A DNA stretch of 64,000 bases, from positions 35,925-99,924 of the forward strand of contig JBDHWW010000005.1 in NCBI GenBank assembly GCA_039810425.1. Direction: 5' to 3'. Below the pieces are notes generated by a model that saw nothing but the letters and a program-made list of their open reading frames with translations, had not been told where the DNA came from and searched no databases. Source of the DNA: Pseudobdellovibrionaceae bacterium. Lineage in GTDB: Bacteria; Bdellovibrionota; Bdellovibrionia; Bdellovibrionales; Bdellovibrionaceae. Positions 27,075-36,762 of the stretch are shown here, one piece after another. The position numbers were made by a program, and so were the translations under genes. Numbering within the stretch: position 1 is the first letter of the stretch; every line of letters starts with the position of its first letter.

Positions 27075-27872
27075 TTACTGTTTTTTGGTTTCGTCAGTTT
27101 TGCCCAAGTGACGATCGATGATCGTTTTGAACTCTGGGTATGGGTAAGCGCCCCGAAGAGAAACACCGTTGATCAAGAAGCCTGGCGTGCCAGAGAAGTT
27201 GAATTTCTTAGCTTCTTCCATATCGGCATTGATACGAGTCATGAGGCTTGGATCTTTCAAGTCCTTATCCAATTTCTTCATGTCCGCGCCGACTTTTTTA
27301 GCAGTGTTCTTCAAGAACTCTTCACCTTTAGCGCGAAGTTCCCCTTGGTTTTCGAAAACTGCGTCATGGAACTTTTCTGCTTTAGCGGCATCTTGTCTTG
27401 CGACAGCTTCGAAATATTTAGCAGCGGGCATGGCTTGAGGATGGAAGTCCAAAGGCAAGTGCTTGAATATAACGCGAACGTCGTTTGGATATTCGCTGCG
27501 AACTTGCTTAATAGTTTGGAAACCTTTTGAGCAGTATGGGCACTCGAAATCAGAGTACTCAACGATGGTGACTTTCGCGTCTTTGTTGCCAAAGATAACG
27601 CGGCTGTCATCAATAGCCGGCTTCAAAGGACTTGCGAACTCTTCGTCACGCTTTTTAGTTTCTTCAGCGACGGCCTTGTCTTGAGATTTTTTCTGAGCTT
27701 CTTGAGCGGCCTTATTCACCACCTCGATGAATTGGTCCGGGTATTTTTCGATCGCAACGAAAACGATGCTTGGATCTTTTTCGACAGCGTCCTTAATTTG
27801 TTTTGCGGATGGGGCGCAGTTAGTGAGTGCGAAAGCCATCGCAGAAAGCGCGATCAATGCTAATTTGTTCAA
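27075..27872 (-). CDS. DsbA/Com1-like thioredoxin-fold lipoprotein
   Basis: Lipobox LTN-C; SDFECPYC; GTP cis-Pro motif; GGAGG before TTG. Confidence 0.92.
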   Translation of the reverse strand: MNKLALIALSAMAFALTNCAPSAKQIKDAVEKDPSIVFVAIEKYPDQFIEVVNKAAQEAQKKSQDKAVAEETKKRDEEFASPLKPAIDDSRVIFGNKDAKVTIVEYSDFECPYCSKGFQTIKQVRSEYPNDVRVIFKHLPLDFHPQAMPAAKYFEAVARQDAAKAEKFHDAVFENQGELRAKGEEFLKNTAKKVGADMKKLDKDLKDPSLMTRINADMEEAKKFNFSGTPGFLINGVSLRGAYPYPEFKTIIDRHLGKTDETKKQ

Positions 27873-28073
27873 AGGAATCCTCCACGATTAATTGAAATTA
27901 CGTAAATTGTTATCTTCGTTAAAGCATTCTGATTCTTACATAAACTCAAGAGGCTCTGAATCAAAAAACGCAATTTTTGAGATACTGCGTTAGGATAAAG
28001 GAAGGACTAAGGTCCAGGTCCGGAAGAGAGTTTCTTTCTTTTCACCCCTGACGAGTCTGCTTACACTAGAAGC

Positions 28074-28685
28074 ATGAAAAAAATATTCCTATTTATTCTT
28101 ACCGGCTTTTTGTGGACGTCTGTTTCTTCAGCAGGGTTGCTGTTTACATACTCTCAATTGACTTTGAAAGACTTGGATCAAATGAGCGATCTGGCGAAAA
28201 AGAAAGTGAAAGAGTTTAAAAAAGACGGATCTGTCGAAATCTTAAAAGAGGCTGTACAGGCCGTCTACTCGCGCCCAAATGATGACGGAATGGTAGAAAA
28301 AGTCATCACTCCGCTACGCAATGAGTTGGATGAAAATGATCAATGGGAAACGACGATGGACGCTCTGGTGCACGAGGCTATCGGTGCGTTAAAAAACCCG
28401 AAGGCCTTTAAGCCGGTCGTACAAAACACCTATGCGATCTTCCTTGAGAACGTGGTTGCGGACTTTAAGCCGTTTGCTGAAAAAGAGGGCCACGAGCGTC
28501 GAGTCGTCAAGACTATCGCCGATGCGCAGATCGAGTTGAGCAAAGAGGCGATCAACGAGCGCAAACTCCGTACTATGAGTGTCCATAAGTCGCCTTCAGA
28601 GCTGGCGGCGAGAGTCCTGAGTGATGCTGCCAAGGCTGAAGCCGAGGCGAGAAAAGCGGAAGAGGACGCAAAAAAGAAAAAGTAA
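28074..28685 (+). CDS. Secreted hypothetical protein
   Basis: Signal peptide; clean ORF followed by a terminator. Confidence 0.8.
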   Translation: MKKIFLFILTGFLWTSVSSAGLLFTYSQLTLKDLDQMSDLAKKKVKEFKKDGSVEILKEAVQAVYSRPNDDGMVEKVITPLRNELDENDQWETTMDALVHEAIGALKNPKAFKPVVQNTYAIFLENVVADFKPFAEKEGHERRVVKTIADAQIELSKEAINERKLRTMSVHKSPSELAARVLSDAAKAEAEARKAEEDAKKKK

Positions 28686-28710
28686 TTTGTTAAAACACAA
28701 TCACTGGATT

Positions 28711-28742
28711 AAAGGCCGGACCTGTCCGGCCTTTTTGTTTTT
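28711..28742 (+). terminator. Rho-independent terminator
   Basis: AAAGGCCGGA...TCCGGCCTTT followed by a T-rich tail. Confidence 0.8.
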
Positions 28743-28756
28743 CGTCTCAGAATGGC

Positions 28757-28783
28757 TCAAGTTCTGAACGCGTGCACCGATAA
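28757..28783 (+). promoter_or_regulatory. Putative sigma28 (FliA) promoter
   Basis: TCAA-N15-ACCGATAA before the 28826-30687 operon. Confidence 0.6.
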
Positions 28784-28825
28784 GTTCCTCAGATTCCGAA
28801 ATGGATTTTGGAAAGAGAGGCTCTT

Positions 28826-29107
28826 ATGTTCTTACAGGGTGATCTTCAAGCGGTGTTTGATGCTCTTTACACAATTGGTGCAATTGATCCGGTTTTAAAA
28901 ATGAACTGGGAGCAAGTCACCAGTGAAATGGCGGAAAACCCCCAATTGGTCATTGAAGCCATGGAAGTCGTTAATTCTTGTCACGGAGACCAAAGACTCC
29001 TCGTTCAAAAACTTCACATGATGGACTCAAGAGCTGTTAACTATATTGCAATGGAGGTTGCCCGTGAATTCGTTGAATTCCAAGATCGCAGCAGCGATTT
29101 GCACTAG
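28826..29107 (+). CDS. Small helical hypothetical protein
   Basis: GAGAGG RBS before ATG 28826. Confidence 0.7.
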   Translation: MFLQGDLQAVFDALYTIGAIDPVLKMNWEQVTSEMAENPQLVIEAMEVVNSCHGDQRLLVQKLHMMDSRAVNYIAMEVAREFVEFQDRSSDLH

Positions 29108-29570
29108 TTTATTGCTGATCACTTCGGTGACTCGCGCCTGGGAGGTGGATATGTCCCGTCGACAGCTCGACTTCAATCGCGTGACGGATCAAAATCGTTT
29201 GCCGGCCAGTACGACGACGGATGAAACACAGAGCCTGTTTGGCCAGGTTTTTGATAGTGTTGAACCGACTCAGGATATCGTGATTTTGAATACGGAAAAG
29301 GGTTTCGTGCCGGACACAATCCGTGTGAAGAAGGGGAATAGCTACCGTATTCACGTTGTGAATGTGAACCAGAAAGATAAAAATGTCAGCTTCGTTTTGG
29401 ATGCCTTCTCCGAACATCACAACACCGTGTATGGTCAGGAGCGTGTTTTTAATTTGAATCCAAAAGCCGATGGCGTGTTTTCGTACCAGTGCCCGGAGAC
29501 CGCCGTGCAAGGCCGTGTGATCGTGATTTCTAATTCTTCAGATTCTGAGCGTAAGCCCGCTTCGAATTAA
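29064..29570 (+). CDS. Secreted cupredoxin-fold protein
   Basis: GGAGG before GTG 29064; GFVPDTIRVKKG...G.FSYQCP...QGRVIV. Confidence 0.75.
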   Translation: MNSLNSKIAAAICTSLLLITSVTRAWEVDMSRRQLDFNRVTDQNRLPASTTTDETQSLFGQVFDSVEPTQDIVILNTEKGFVPDTIRVKKGNSYRIHVVNVNQKDKNVSFVLDAFSEHHNTVYGQERVFNLNPKADGVFSYQCPETAVQGRVIVISNSSDSERKPASN

Positions 29571-29580
29571 CAAGGTTGTT

Positions 29581-30687
29581 ATGTCCATGGAGCCGTCAAA
29601 CGTATTCAAAGATGCAATCCGGAACAGTTTGGGGCCTGTTTTGCCGTATTTGGAAGACAGCACGGTGTCGGAGATCCTCATCAATGGCCACAAAGAAATT
29701 TTCGTCGAGCGCAAGGGCAAACTCGAAAGGGTCCCTGTCAGCTTCATGGACGAAGATGCTCTTCGTGCGGCGGTGAACAGCATTGCTCAAAGTGTCGGCC
29801 GCCGTATCAACGATGAAAATCCGCGTTTGGATGCGCGTTTGCCGGATGGCTCGCGTATCGCTGTGGTGATTCCGCCGGTTTCCCGTAAGGGTACGACGGT
29901 GAGTATCCGTAAGTTCACGAATAACAAAATTTCATTTGCGGACTATATCAAGTTCGGCGCCATTTCCGAAGATGGCGCACGTTTCTTGGATGTCTGCATG
30001 TTCCTTGGTAAAAACATCATTGTCAGCGGCGGCACGGGTTCCGGTAAAACCACATTGCTGAGTTTGCTATGTACCCGCATTCCAAAAGGCCAGCGTATCA
30101 TCGTGATTGAGGACTCAAGCGAGTTGCAGGTGGAGTACGACCACGTTGTGATGTTTGAGACCCGTCAAGGCAATGAATTGGGTAAGGGCGAAGTGACGAT
30201 CAAAGATCTTTTGAAGAGTTCTCTGCGTCTGCGTCCGGACCGTATCATTGTGGGTGAAGTGCGTTCTTCTGAGGCGCTCGAATTGCTAAATGCGATGAAC
30301 ACCGGTCACAAAGGTTGTATGGGTACGGTTCATGCGAACTCGCCAGAAGACGGCATCGTGCGTATTGAGGCTCTTGCTCAAGGCGGGGATTCGCAGATCA
30401 GCGAAAAAGCGTTGCGTTCTCAGGTGGTGAGCGCGATTGAAATCATTATTCAAGTTTCTCGTTACTCGGATGGCTCACGCCGTATCGGCGCGATCAGTGA
30501 AGTTTTGGGGATCTTGCCAGACGGAAACTATGACGTGCGCCACATTTTCCAGATGTCCCGCATGACCCGCAGGGCGGATGGCACTCTTGACGGCAAGCTC
30601 GAGCCCACGGGCTATATTCCATCCTTCATGAGCGAGATCGCGGACAACAAGCTCCCATTCCCCCAATCCAAATTCAAAGCCGCCTAA
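29581..30687 (+). CDS. cpaF: CpaF/TadA-family secretion ATPase
   Basis: [40 protein letters not shown]. Confidence 0.92.
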   Translation: MSMEPSNVFKDAIRNSLGPVLPYLEDSTVSEILINGHKEIFVERKGKLERVPVSFMDEDALRAAVNSIAQSVGRRINDENPRLDARLPDGSRIAVVIPPVSRKGTTVSIRKFTNNKISFADYIKFGAISEDGARFLDVCMFLGKNIIVSGGTGSGKTTLLSLLCTRIPKGQRIIVIEDSSELQVEYDHVVMFETRQGNELGKGEVTIKDLLKSSLRLRPDRIIVGEVRSSEALELLNAMNTGHKGCMGTVHANSPEDGIVRIEALAQGGDSQISEKALRSQVVSAIEIIIQVSRYSDGSRRIGAISEVLGILPDGNYDVRHIFQMSRMTRRADGTLDGKLEPTGYIPSFMSEIADNKLPFPQSKFKAA

Positions 30688-30817
30688 AAGGTACCAGGTC
30701 GCTTTTAAGAAGTGACTTCCGGTTTTCGGACTAAGCTGCACTTAGTCTTAAAAATATTTACGATAAGCGTCGGTTAAAGGCATTGTCTGGAGAATCTTTT
30801 AGCAGGACGATGCGGAC

Positions 30818-32545
30818 ATGAAGAATGCCACTTGGAACCGCCTCTATTCGATCGCACAGCCTGAAGTTAAGTTTCTACTTTGGGGTTTGGTTTTTTTGAT
30901 TCTTTCAAGTGGGGCGGGGCTGGCTTATCCGCAGATGGTGCGCTGGATGGTGGACAATGTCCTTCAGCCGAAGCGCATGGATTTACTCTTGCCGGTGGTG
31001 CTAGGGCTTTTTGCGGCGTTTACGCTTCAAGGAATTGCCTCGAGTGCGCGCTACTATCTTTTCACCTTGAGCGGTGAGCGCATGGTGATCCGCCTGCGTA
31101 AGCGTCTTTACAGCCAGATCCTGTCGCAAGAAGTGTCTTTTTTTGATTTCAACCGCACGGGTGATTTGATGAGTCGCCTGTCTTCGGACTGCACGACTTT
31201 GCAAAACACCGTGAGTGTCAATGTATCACAAGGCCTGCGCAATCTGGGTCAAGTCGTCGGCGGCCTCGCGTTTATGTTTTATACGTCGTGGAAACTGTCG
31301 TCGTTGATGTTGGTATTGATTCCGCCGATTGCGCTTGTGACGGTGATCTTCGGTAGGAATATCCGCAAGTACTCGAAGGAATCCCAGGCAGCCCTTGCTG
31401 ATGCCAGCATTGTCGCTGATGAAACGATCTCGGGTGTGCGCACGGTGAAATCCTTCGTTCAAGAAGTCAGTGAAACCAGCCGCTATAATGAGGCCATGGA
31501 AGTAGCGCTCAAATTTGTCCGTTTGCGCATTCGTGCGATTGCGATCTTTATGACAATCGCAATGATCGTGGGTCTTGGCGCGATTTCTTTTGTGTTGTGG
31601 TATGGCGGCCGTGAGGTGGTCCTTGATCACTTGTCGATCGGGGATATCACGCAGTTCTTGCTTTACCTGATGCTGGTTGCGATCGGCGTCGGCAGTCTTG
31701 CGAGTCTTTGGGGCGATATGATGGCCGGTATCGGAGCGAGCCAGCGCGTGTTTGAGATTCTCGAAAGAACGCCGGCTGTGGCTGATGACGGGCGCACGCT
31801 CGGTGCCTTCGGTGGCGAGATCAGTTTTAACAGCGTCGGGTTTAAGTATCCGTCCCGTCAGGATATCGAAGTGTTGAAGGGAATTGACCTGCAAATCCAC
31901 CCCGGCCAAGTCGTAGCACTTGTCGGGTCATCAGGTAGCGGCAAAACGACGATCGCGAGCCTTTTACCAAGATTTTACGAGCCGAGCTCAGGTGAAATCC
32001 TGTTAGACGGCGAAAAACTCAGCACGCTGAAACCTGGCTGGTTGCGTGAACAGATCGGCATGGTTTCGCAAGAGCCGATTCTGATTTCGTCGACGATCGA
32101 AGAAAATATTCGCTATGGTAAGCCGAATGCGACAAAGCAAGAAGTTGAAGGGGCCGCAACAGCCGCAAATGCCCTTGAGTTCATTGAACGCTTCCCGGAA
32201 GGCTTTGAAACCCGTGTTGGGGAAAAGGGCTTGCAGCTTTCGGGCGGGCAAAAGCAGCGCGTGGCGATTGCCCGTGCGGTGTTGAAAAATCCAAAAATGC
32301 TAATTCTCGATGAGGCGACCAGCAATCTCGATACGGCAAGCGAGTATTTGGTTCAAGAGGCCCTGCAAAGACTCATGGTGAATCGCACGACCCTGGTGAT
32401 TGCGCATCGCTTGGCCACCGTGAAGAATGCCGATGTGATTTTCGTCGTCCACGAAGGACGCATTGTGCAGAGAGGCACTCATGACGAGCTTGTCGCCAAG
32501 CCGGAAGGGCTTTATTATCATCTATTACAAAGGCAATTCCAGTAG
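30818..32545 (+). CDS. ABC exporter (fused TMD-NBD, MsbA/ABCB-like)
   Basis: GSSGSGKT, LSGGQKQR, ILDEATS, IAHRL. Confidence 0.95.
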   Translation: MKNATWNRLYSIAQPEVKFLLWGLVFLILSSGAGLAYPQMVRWMVDNVLQPKRMDLLLPVVLGLFAAFTLQGIASSARYYLFTLSGERMVIRLRKRLYSQILSQEVSFFDFNRTGDLMSRLSSDCTTLQNTVSVNVSQGLRNLGQVVGGLAFMFYTSWKLSSLMLVLIPPIALVTVIFGRNIRKYSKESQAALADASIVADETISGVRTVKSFVQEVSETSRYNEAMEVALKFVRLRIRAIAIFMTIAMIVGLGAISFVLWYGGREVVLDHLSIGDITQFLLYLMLVAIGVGSLASLWGDMMAGIGASQRVFEILERTPAVADDGRTLGAFGGEISFNSVGFKYPSRQDIEVLKGIDLQIHPGQVVALVGSSGSGKTTIASLLPRFYEPSSGEILLDGEKLSTLKPGWLREQIGMVSQEPILISSTIEENIRYGKPNATKQEVEGAATAANALEFIERFPEGFETRVGEKGLQLSGGQKQRVAIARAVLKNPKMLILDEATSNLDTASEYLVQEALQRLMVNRTTLVIAHRLATVKNADVIFVVHEGRIVQRGTHDELVAKPEGLYYHLLQRQFQ

Positions 32546-32554
32546 GGGAGGATT

Positions 32555-32899
32555 ATGAGAAATATCATGAGCGAAAACCGCATCGACAACAACGCTCTCA
32601 AAGCCATCGAAAGCTTTCACATCGAAATCGTGGCTGAAGTCGAAAAGGCGATTGCAACTCACGAGTGGGTGATCGTCGGCATGGGGCAAAATCCAGTTGT
32701 TAAAAACGCCCGTAAATATCTCTTCGACAAGGGCATTCCATTTCACTACATCGAGCACGGCAGTTACTTCTCGAAATGGAAGCAGCGGCTGGCGATCAAG
32801 CTCTGGTCGGGCTGGCCGACATTCCCGCAAGTTTTCCACAAGGGAAAGCTTATTGGGGGCTTTGCCGATTTGAAAAAATACAACCCGCCTTCGAACTAA
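32555..32899 (+). CDS. Glutaredoxin-fold protein lacking cysteine
   Basis: SGWPTFPQVF...LIGG motif; no Cys in the sequence. Confidence 0.8.
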   Translation: MRNIMSENRIDNNALKAIESFHIEIVAEVEKAIATHEWVIVGMGQNPVVKNARKYLFDKGIPFHYIEHGSYFSKWKQRLAIKLWSGWPTFPQVFHKGKLIGGFADLKKYNPPSN

Positions 32900-32902
32900 C
32901 AA

Positions 32903-33742
32903 TCAAAATTGACTCTTTGCAATTGAATCAATTAAAGCTCGCCCGGTCGCCGTTTTACGGAATGAAGGGCGATAGACCATGCACAGGGAGTCTTTGTAAG
33001 AAGGAAGGCCACTAAAAGAGGCTTCCAGCGGAAACGGGTGTTGTTGAGCCACACGCTTTGGCAGTATTGCGTGGCCACTTCCGGCTCGTAAGAGGCTCGT
33101 AATCACCTCGAGACTCGAGGATTCGATCTTGCGAGGATACTGGCGACCTTTTTTTTGTAGTTGCTTTAAAATCCATTGAGTCTGAAAAAGACTAGGGTCG
33201 TAGATGAGTGTGTCGGCGACGCCTCCGGATTTCTTTTTCCAGACAGTCACTTCATCTTGGGCGACTTCTTTCACAATCAAACCCGGATGGCTTTCAGGAT
33301 TCATCACGAGTCCGACATCAATTTGATTGCTTAGGATACTCTGTAAAACACCGCGGGAAAGATCATGCTTAAGTTGAATTTGCAGAAGCGGGTGCTTCTT
33401 TAAAAGTTCCGGCATGAAGAGGGGAAGAAAATAACAGCCAACGGAGACGTGCACACCCAGTCTGATAGTTCCACGGACCTCTTCTGAGGTATTGCCGGCT
33501 TCGCGCTTCAGGCTTTCCCAGCTCTGCAAAAGTGTTTCGACTTGGTTGTAGACCTGCACGCCTGAAGCTGTCAGCGTAATGCCTTTCTTGGAGCGTTCAA
33601 AGAGAATGACTTTGAGTTCCTCCTCAAGTTTTTTGATAGCAACTGTCAAAGTGGGCTGACTGATGTGGAGATCTCCTGCCGCCCGGCTCATGTTGCCGAT
33701 CTGGGCCGCAACTTTAAAATATCGTAAGACTTCTGTATCCAT
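32903..33742 (-). CDS. LysR-family transcriptional regulator
   Basis: MSRAA..LHISQPTLTVAIKKLEEEL...LFER. Confidence 0.95.
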   Translation of the reverse strand: MDTEVLRYFKVAAQIGNMSRAAGDLHISQPTLTVAIKKLEEELKVILFERSKKGITLTASGVQVYNQVETLLQSWESLKREAGNTSEEVRGTIRLGVHVSVGCYFLPLFMPELLKKHPLLQIQLKHDLSRGVLQSILSNQIDVGLVMNPESHPGLIVKEVAQDEVTVWKKKSGGVADTLIYDPSLFQTQWILKQLQKKGRQYPRKIESSSLEVITSLLRAGSGHAILPKRVAQQHPFPLEASFSGLPSYKDSLCMVYRPSFRKTATGRALIDSIAKSQF

Positions 33743-33823
33743 AGTTAAAATTAATCATAGATATAAATTATCATCAATATATTTAATGCCTGGAGTGTGG
33801 GACAAGAGTTTCCAGGAGGTTTT

Positions 33824-34279
33824 ATGAAAACTTTATTATTAGGCATAGCAGTATTAGCAACAACTCTTGGCGCACAGGCGGAGACAAAAACTATCTCAAC
33901 CCGCACGGTGAATTTGCCTGTGGATATCTCACAAGCGAAGGTTGTAAAAACAAATGCAGGGTACGGAACGACCTTTTTGGTGAAAATCTTGGTTCCAGCA
34001 CTTGCGGAAGAGACATTGATGAATCACCGTAATGATGGCGAAAGCGCACCGTGCCTGGCGACCTACGGCACGGACAACTTGGATGCGGTCATCGGCAATA
34101 AACCAGGCGTTGAAACTGTGGCGTTTAAGATTGAACTCAAAAAAGAGACTTCACTCGAGGACAATGGAACTTGCTCTGTGATTCTTGTCGAAGAAGTATC
34201 CGCAGAAATTCGCGGTTTCTTATTCGAACACTATCGCTCAAGTGTCTTGCCAGATCGCGTAGCTGAAGACTGCAAATAG
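33824..34279 (+). CDS. Secreted hypothetical protein divergent from LysR
   Basis: AGGAGG RBS; signal peptide ending AQA. Confidence 0.8.
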   Translation: MKTLLLGIAVLATTLGAQAETKTISTRTVNLPVDISQAKVVKTNAGYGTTFLVKILVPALAEETLMNHRNDGESAPCLATYGTDNLDAVIGNKPGVETVAFKIELKKETSLEDNGTCSVILVEEVSAEIRGFLFEHYRSSVLPDRVAEDCK

Positions 34280-34303
34280 TAGAATTTAAGGCGAGGTTGC
34301 CAG

Positions 34304-34864
34304 CTAGTGTTGCTGGCAGCTTTCAGCGCTCGGGTGGATCTCTAAAATGCCGGAGCGAAAGTCTTCAGAATAACTGACATCAATCCAAGTTGTTCCAGTT
34401 TCATGAGTGCGGGATGATAAGGATGCGCAGTCTTGATAGGGATTGCCTCGGCCGTCATAGCGAGTCGTCTTTTGGTCGCAGTAGGTAAAGTCATAGCGGA
34501 TTTCATTTTTCCCCAAACCAACGCGCATACTGCACCAACCATCATAGTAGTCGACGTAGAAACTCCCAACATCAAATATGCAATTGGCTTTCGTCCCCAT
34601 TGTGAGATTGCTAAAGCTCGATGATTCAAGGTCTCTATTTGTGCTCGGCGAAATAGTGACAAGTTGAGTTGGTGACCTGACAGTTTCGGTTTTATCCGAA
34701 GTGACCCGGCCGTTGCAGTCGTAGCGAACCACGCGCTGAAAAACATGAGTTAATGAAATCACAGAAGCTTTGTAAGGGTCTCCGGATTTATCCAGGTGTT
34801 GGCCCGAGCAGGCGATCAGAGTGCCGAGCGCGGCATAGAGTAAGACGGAGAAGGCGTTTTTCAT
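34304..34864 (-). CDS. Cys-rich beta-sheet lipoprotein
   Basis: Lipobox LIA-C; several further Cys. Confidence 0.75.
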   Translation of the reverse strand: MKNAFSVLLYAALGTLIACSGQHLDKSGDPYKASVISLTHVFQRVVRYDCNGRVTSDKTETVRSPTQLVTISPSTNRDLESSSFSNLTMGTKANCIFDVGSFYVDYYDGWCSMRVGLGKNEIRYDFTYCDQKTTRYDGRGNPYQDCASLSSRTHETGTTWIDVSYSEDFRSGILEIHPSAESCQQH

Positions 34865-34950
34865 AAGTTCTCACTTTATTGTTATGAAAACATTCTCGGA
34901 TGCTTTTCATAACTTGTAAAGGCGGCCTGAAAAGATGGTTTTTGCCGTGT

Positions 34951-34978
34951 AAAAGAGGAGCCCCGTGAGCCCCTCTTT
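34951..34978 (-). terminator. Probable terminator
   Basis: AAAGAGG.GC...GC.CCTCTTT hairpin just after the 34990 stop. Confidence 0.55.
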
Positions 34979-34989
34979 GAATTCTGGAT

Positions 34990-35904
34990 TTAGCGCGACC
35001 AAGAGCCAATAAATGTGTGAATGTCAGACAACGCTTGGTTGTATTGATTCACTTCTACTTGGTGCAGTTGCTGATCTTTGGCGGCATCACCGGTCTTTGG
35101 TTCGGCACCGCGAGCGGTTACGTTACAGTCACGCTCCGCTGAACGTTGAATGCGCTGCCAGTTTTTTAAAGCAACACCGGTATCAAGTTGTTCGACGGGG
35201 CTGTCTTCTGTCGGAATAAAACCCGTCGTCTTTAACGCAATCTTACCGGCGAATGGCAGCTTTGCGATGAAGTCGATGTTTTTATTGTAGTCCACAGCCT
35301 GAGCAACTTTACCGGAATTGTCGAGAGGCTTTGAAAGCAAGCTTGCATCGAGCAGGATGTCGCGGGTGAACTGCACACGCAACATCAAGATTGTGTAAAC
35401 CGTGTTCTCGTAACGACCAGAATTATAAACCTGACTCTCGATCATTTCTTGCACGGCTTTCTGAGGCAAGAAGCCCGCCACGACTTGCAATGCCATTAAC
35501 ACGGCAGTCTTGTCGTGGTTGATCCCAGTGATCTCATCTTGGGTGTATGGAATTTCGTTGCCGTTCGCATCGACTTTATGAGCGGGAAGAACTTCGTCGA
35601 TTTCTTTGAGCCACAGGTAAGCAAGCTCTACGAAGTCTTGAGCCGAAATCGCTTCAGCTAGTTTTTTCCCGTAAGGCATCATGCGGGTGGGAATCGGGAA
35701 GAGATTCGCGGTATTTTCTGGTTTCAACATGTTCTCGAAGGGGATCAGCTGTTTTTGCTGATCAATCCCGTCATTGGTGTGGTTCATGTTGTCGATCATC
35801 TTTTCCATGTTCTCGTTTGTTTTATCCATCTTAGAGGGCATCTCGACCATGCCACAGCCAGAGAAAAGTATTCCGAAAATCGCGATACATAATACTTGCT
35901 TCAT
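34990..35904 (-). CDS. Lipoprotein of unknown function
   Basis: Lipobox FSG-C; AGGAG RBS; Met-rich coiled N-terminus. Confidence 0.8.
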   Translation of the reverse strand: MKQVLCIAIFGILFSGCGMVEMPSKMDKTNENMEKMIDNMNHTNDGIDQQKQLIPFENMLKPENTANLFPIPTRMMPYGKKLAEAISAQDFVELAYLWLKEIDEVLPAHKVDANGNEIPYTQDEITGINHDKTAVLMALQVVAGFLPQKAVQEMIESQVYNSGRYENTVYTILMLRVQFTRDILLDASLLSKPLDNSGKVAQAVDYNKNIDFIAKLPFAGKIALKTTGFIPTEDSPVEQLDTGVALKNWQRIQRSAERDCNVTARGAEPKTGDAAKDQQLHQVEVNQYNQALSDIHTFIGSWSR

Positions 35905-35907
35905 CGG

Positions 35908-36552
35908 TTACTCCTGAAGAAGAGATTTTTTCAAAGCCGCGATACCATCGTCAGCCGGGTTCCCGAGCCACATAGAGAACACGTCGTGAGTCAGGCCTCT
36001 GTCGCCCTTCACCGTCACCTGCTTGCCGGCGGTGTCTTCATAGATCAAAGTTTCAGTGCCGTCAGAGTGTTTGTTCGCGACGAATGTCAGAGTGCCGCCG
36101 GAGGTCGCATCGCCGCCTTTTTCAACCGCGGTCAAGAGTTGTTTGATAGCCGGATTGTTGATGTCAACGTTGTTTGCATCAAATGCATCACGGAAAGAAA
36201 CTTTCACTTTGTCGGCCTCGACAGAGCGTAAGAAGGTAAGCTGCATTGCCACTGTTTGGCTGTCTTCTAAAGACTTCAGGGCTTCCGCGTCTTTGCGGAC
36301 AAATGCATTCGTACTGCTGACCAAGAGCTGCGCCACGTAAACCTTTACGTTGGCCACGAGCACTTTTTTGCTGCGAAGTCCTGAGCCAACAGTAGAGACA
36401 TCAAAGTCCTTGCCATCAATAGTGGCTGTGCCGCCAGTAGAGATGGTTACACCGTTGTTAGAGTTTGGGCCTGGAGTTAGTTTCAAAAGGGCTGCATGCG
36501 CAGAAAAGCCGAGAGAAAGGGTTGTCATTAGAGCTAAAAAAGCTACTTTCAT
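35908..36552 (-). CDS. Secreted chalcone-isomerase-fold protein
   Basis: VGSGLR.K...VKVYVAQL; L.FLR.V; FSMWLG.PA...LKKSL. Confidence 0.8.
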   Translation of the reverse strand: MKVAFLALMTTLSLGFSAHAALLKLTPGPNSNNGVTISTGGTATIDGKDFDVSTVGSGLRSKKVLVANVKVYVAQLLVSSTNAFVRKDAEALKSLEDSQTVAMQLTFLRSVEADKVKVSFRDAFDANNVDINNPAIKQLLTAVEKGGDATSGGTLTFVANKHSDGTETLIYEDTAGKQVTVKGDRGLTHDVFSMWLGNPADDGIAALKKSLLQE

Positions 36553-36762
36553 AAAACCTCCTAGAGTTTTAGCTCGCTAGGGTTTAGTTTCTTCGACTAG
36601 GGAAGTCAAACGGGGAAAGCGCCACTCGGGACACATAGATTCGCAAAGTGCTCGAAAATAAGGCAGAGCGCTGTAAGCTGGCGCAATGCATCCGAAAAAG
36701 GTACGGCGTACCCTCTGATTTTCTGGTCGCCATCCAAAATCTTTTAAGTTACAAGTTTTTTC

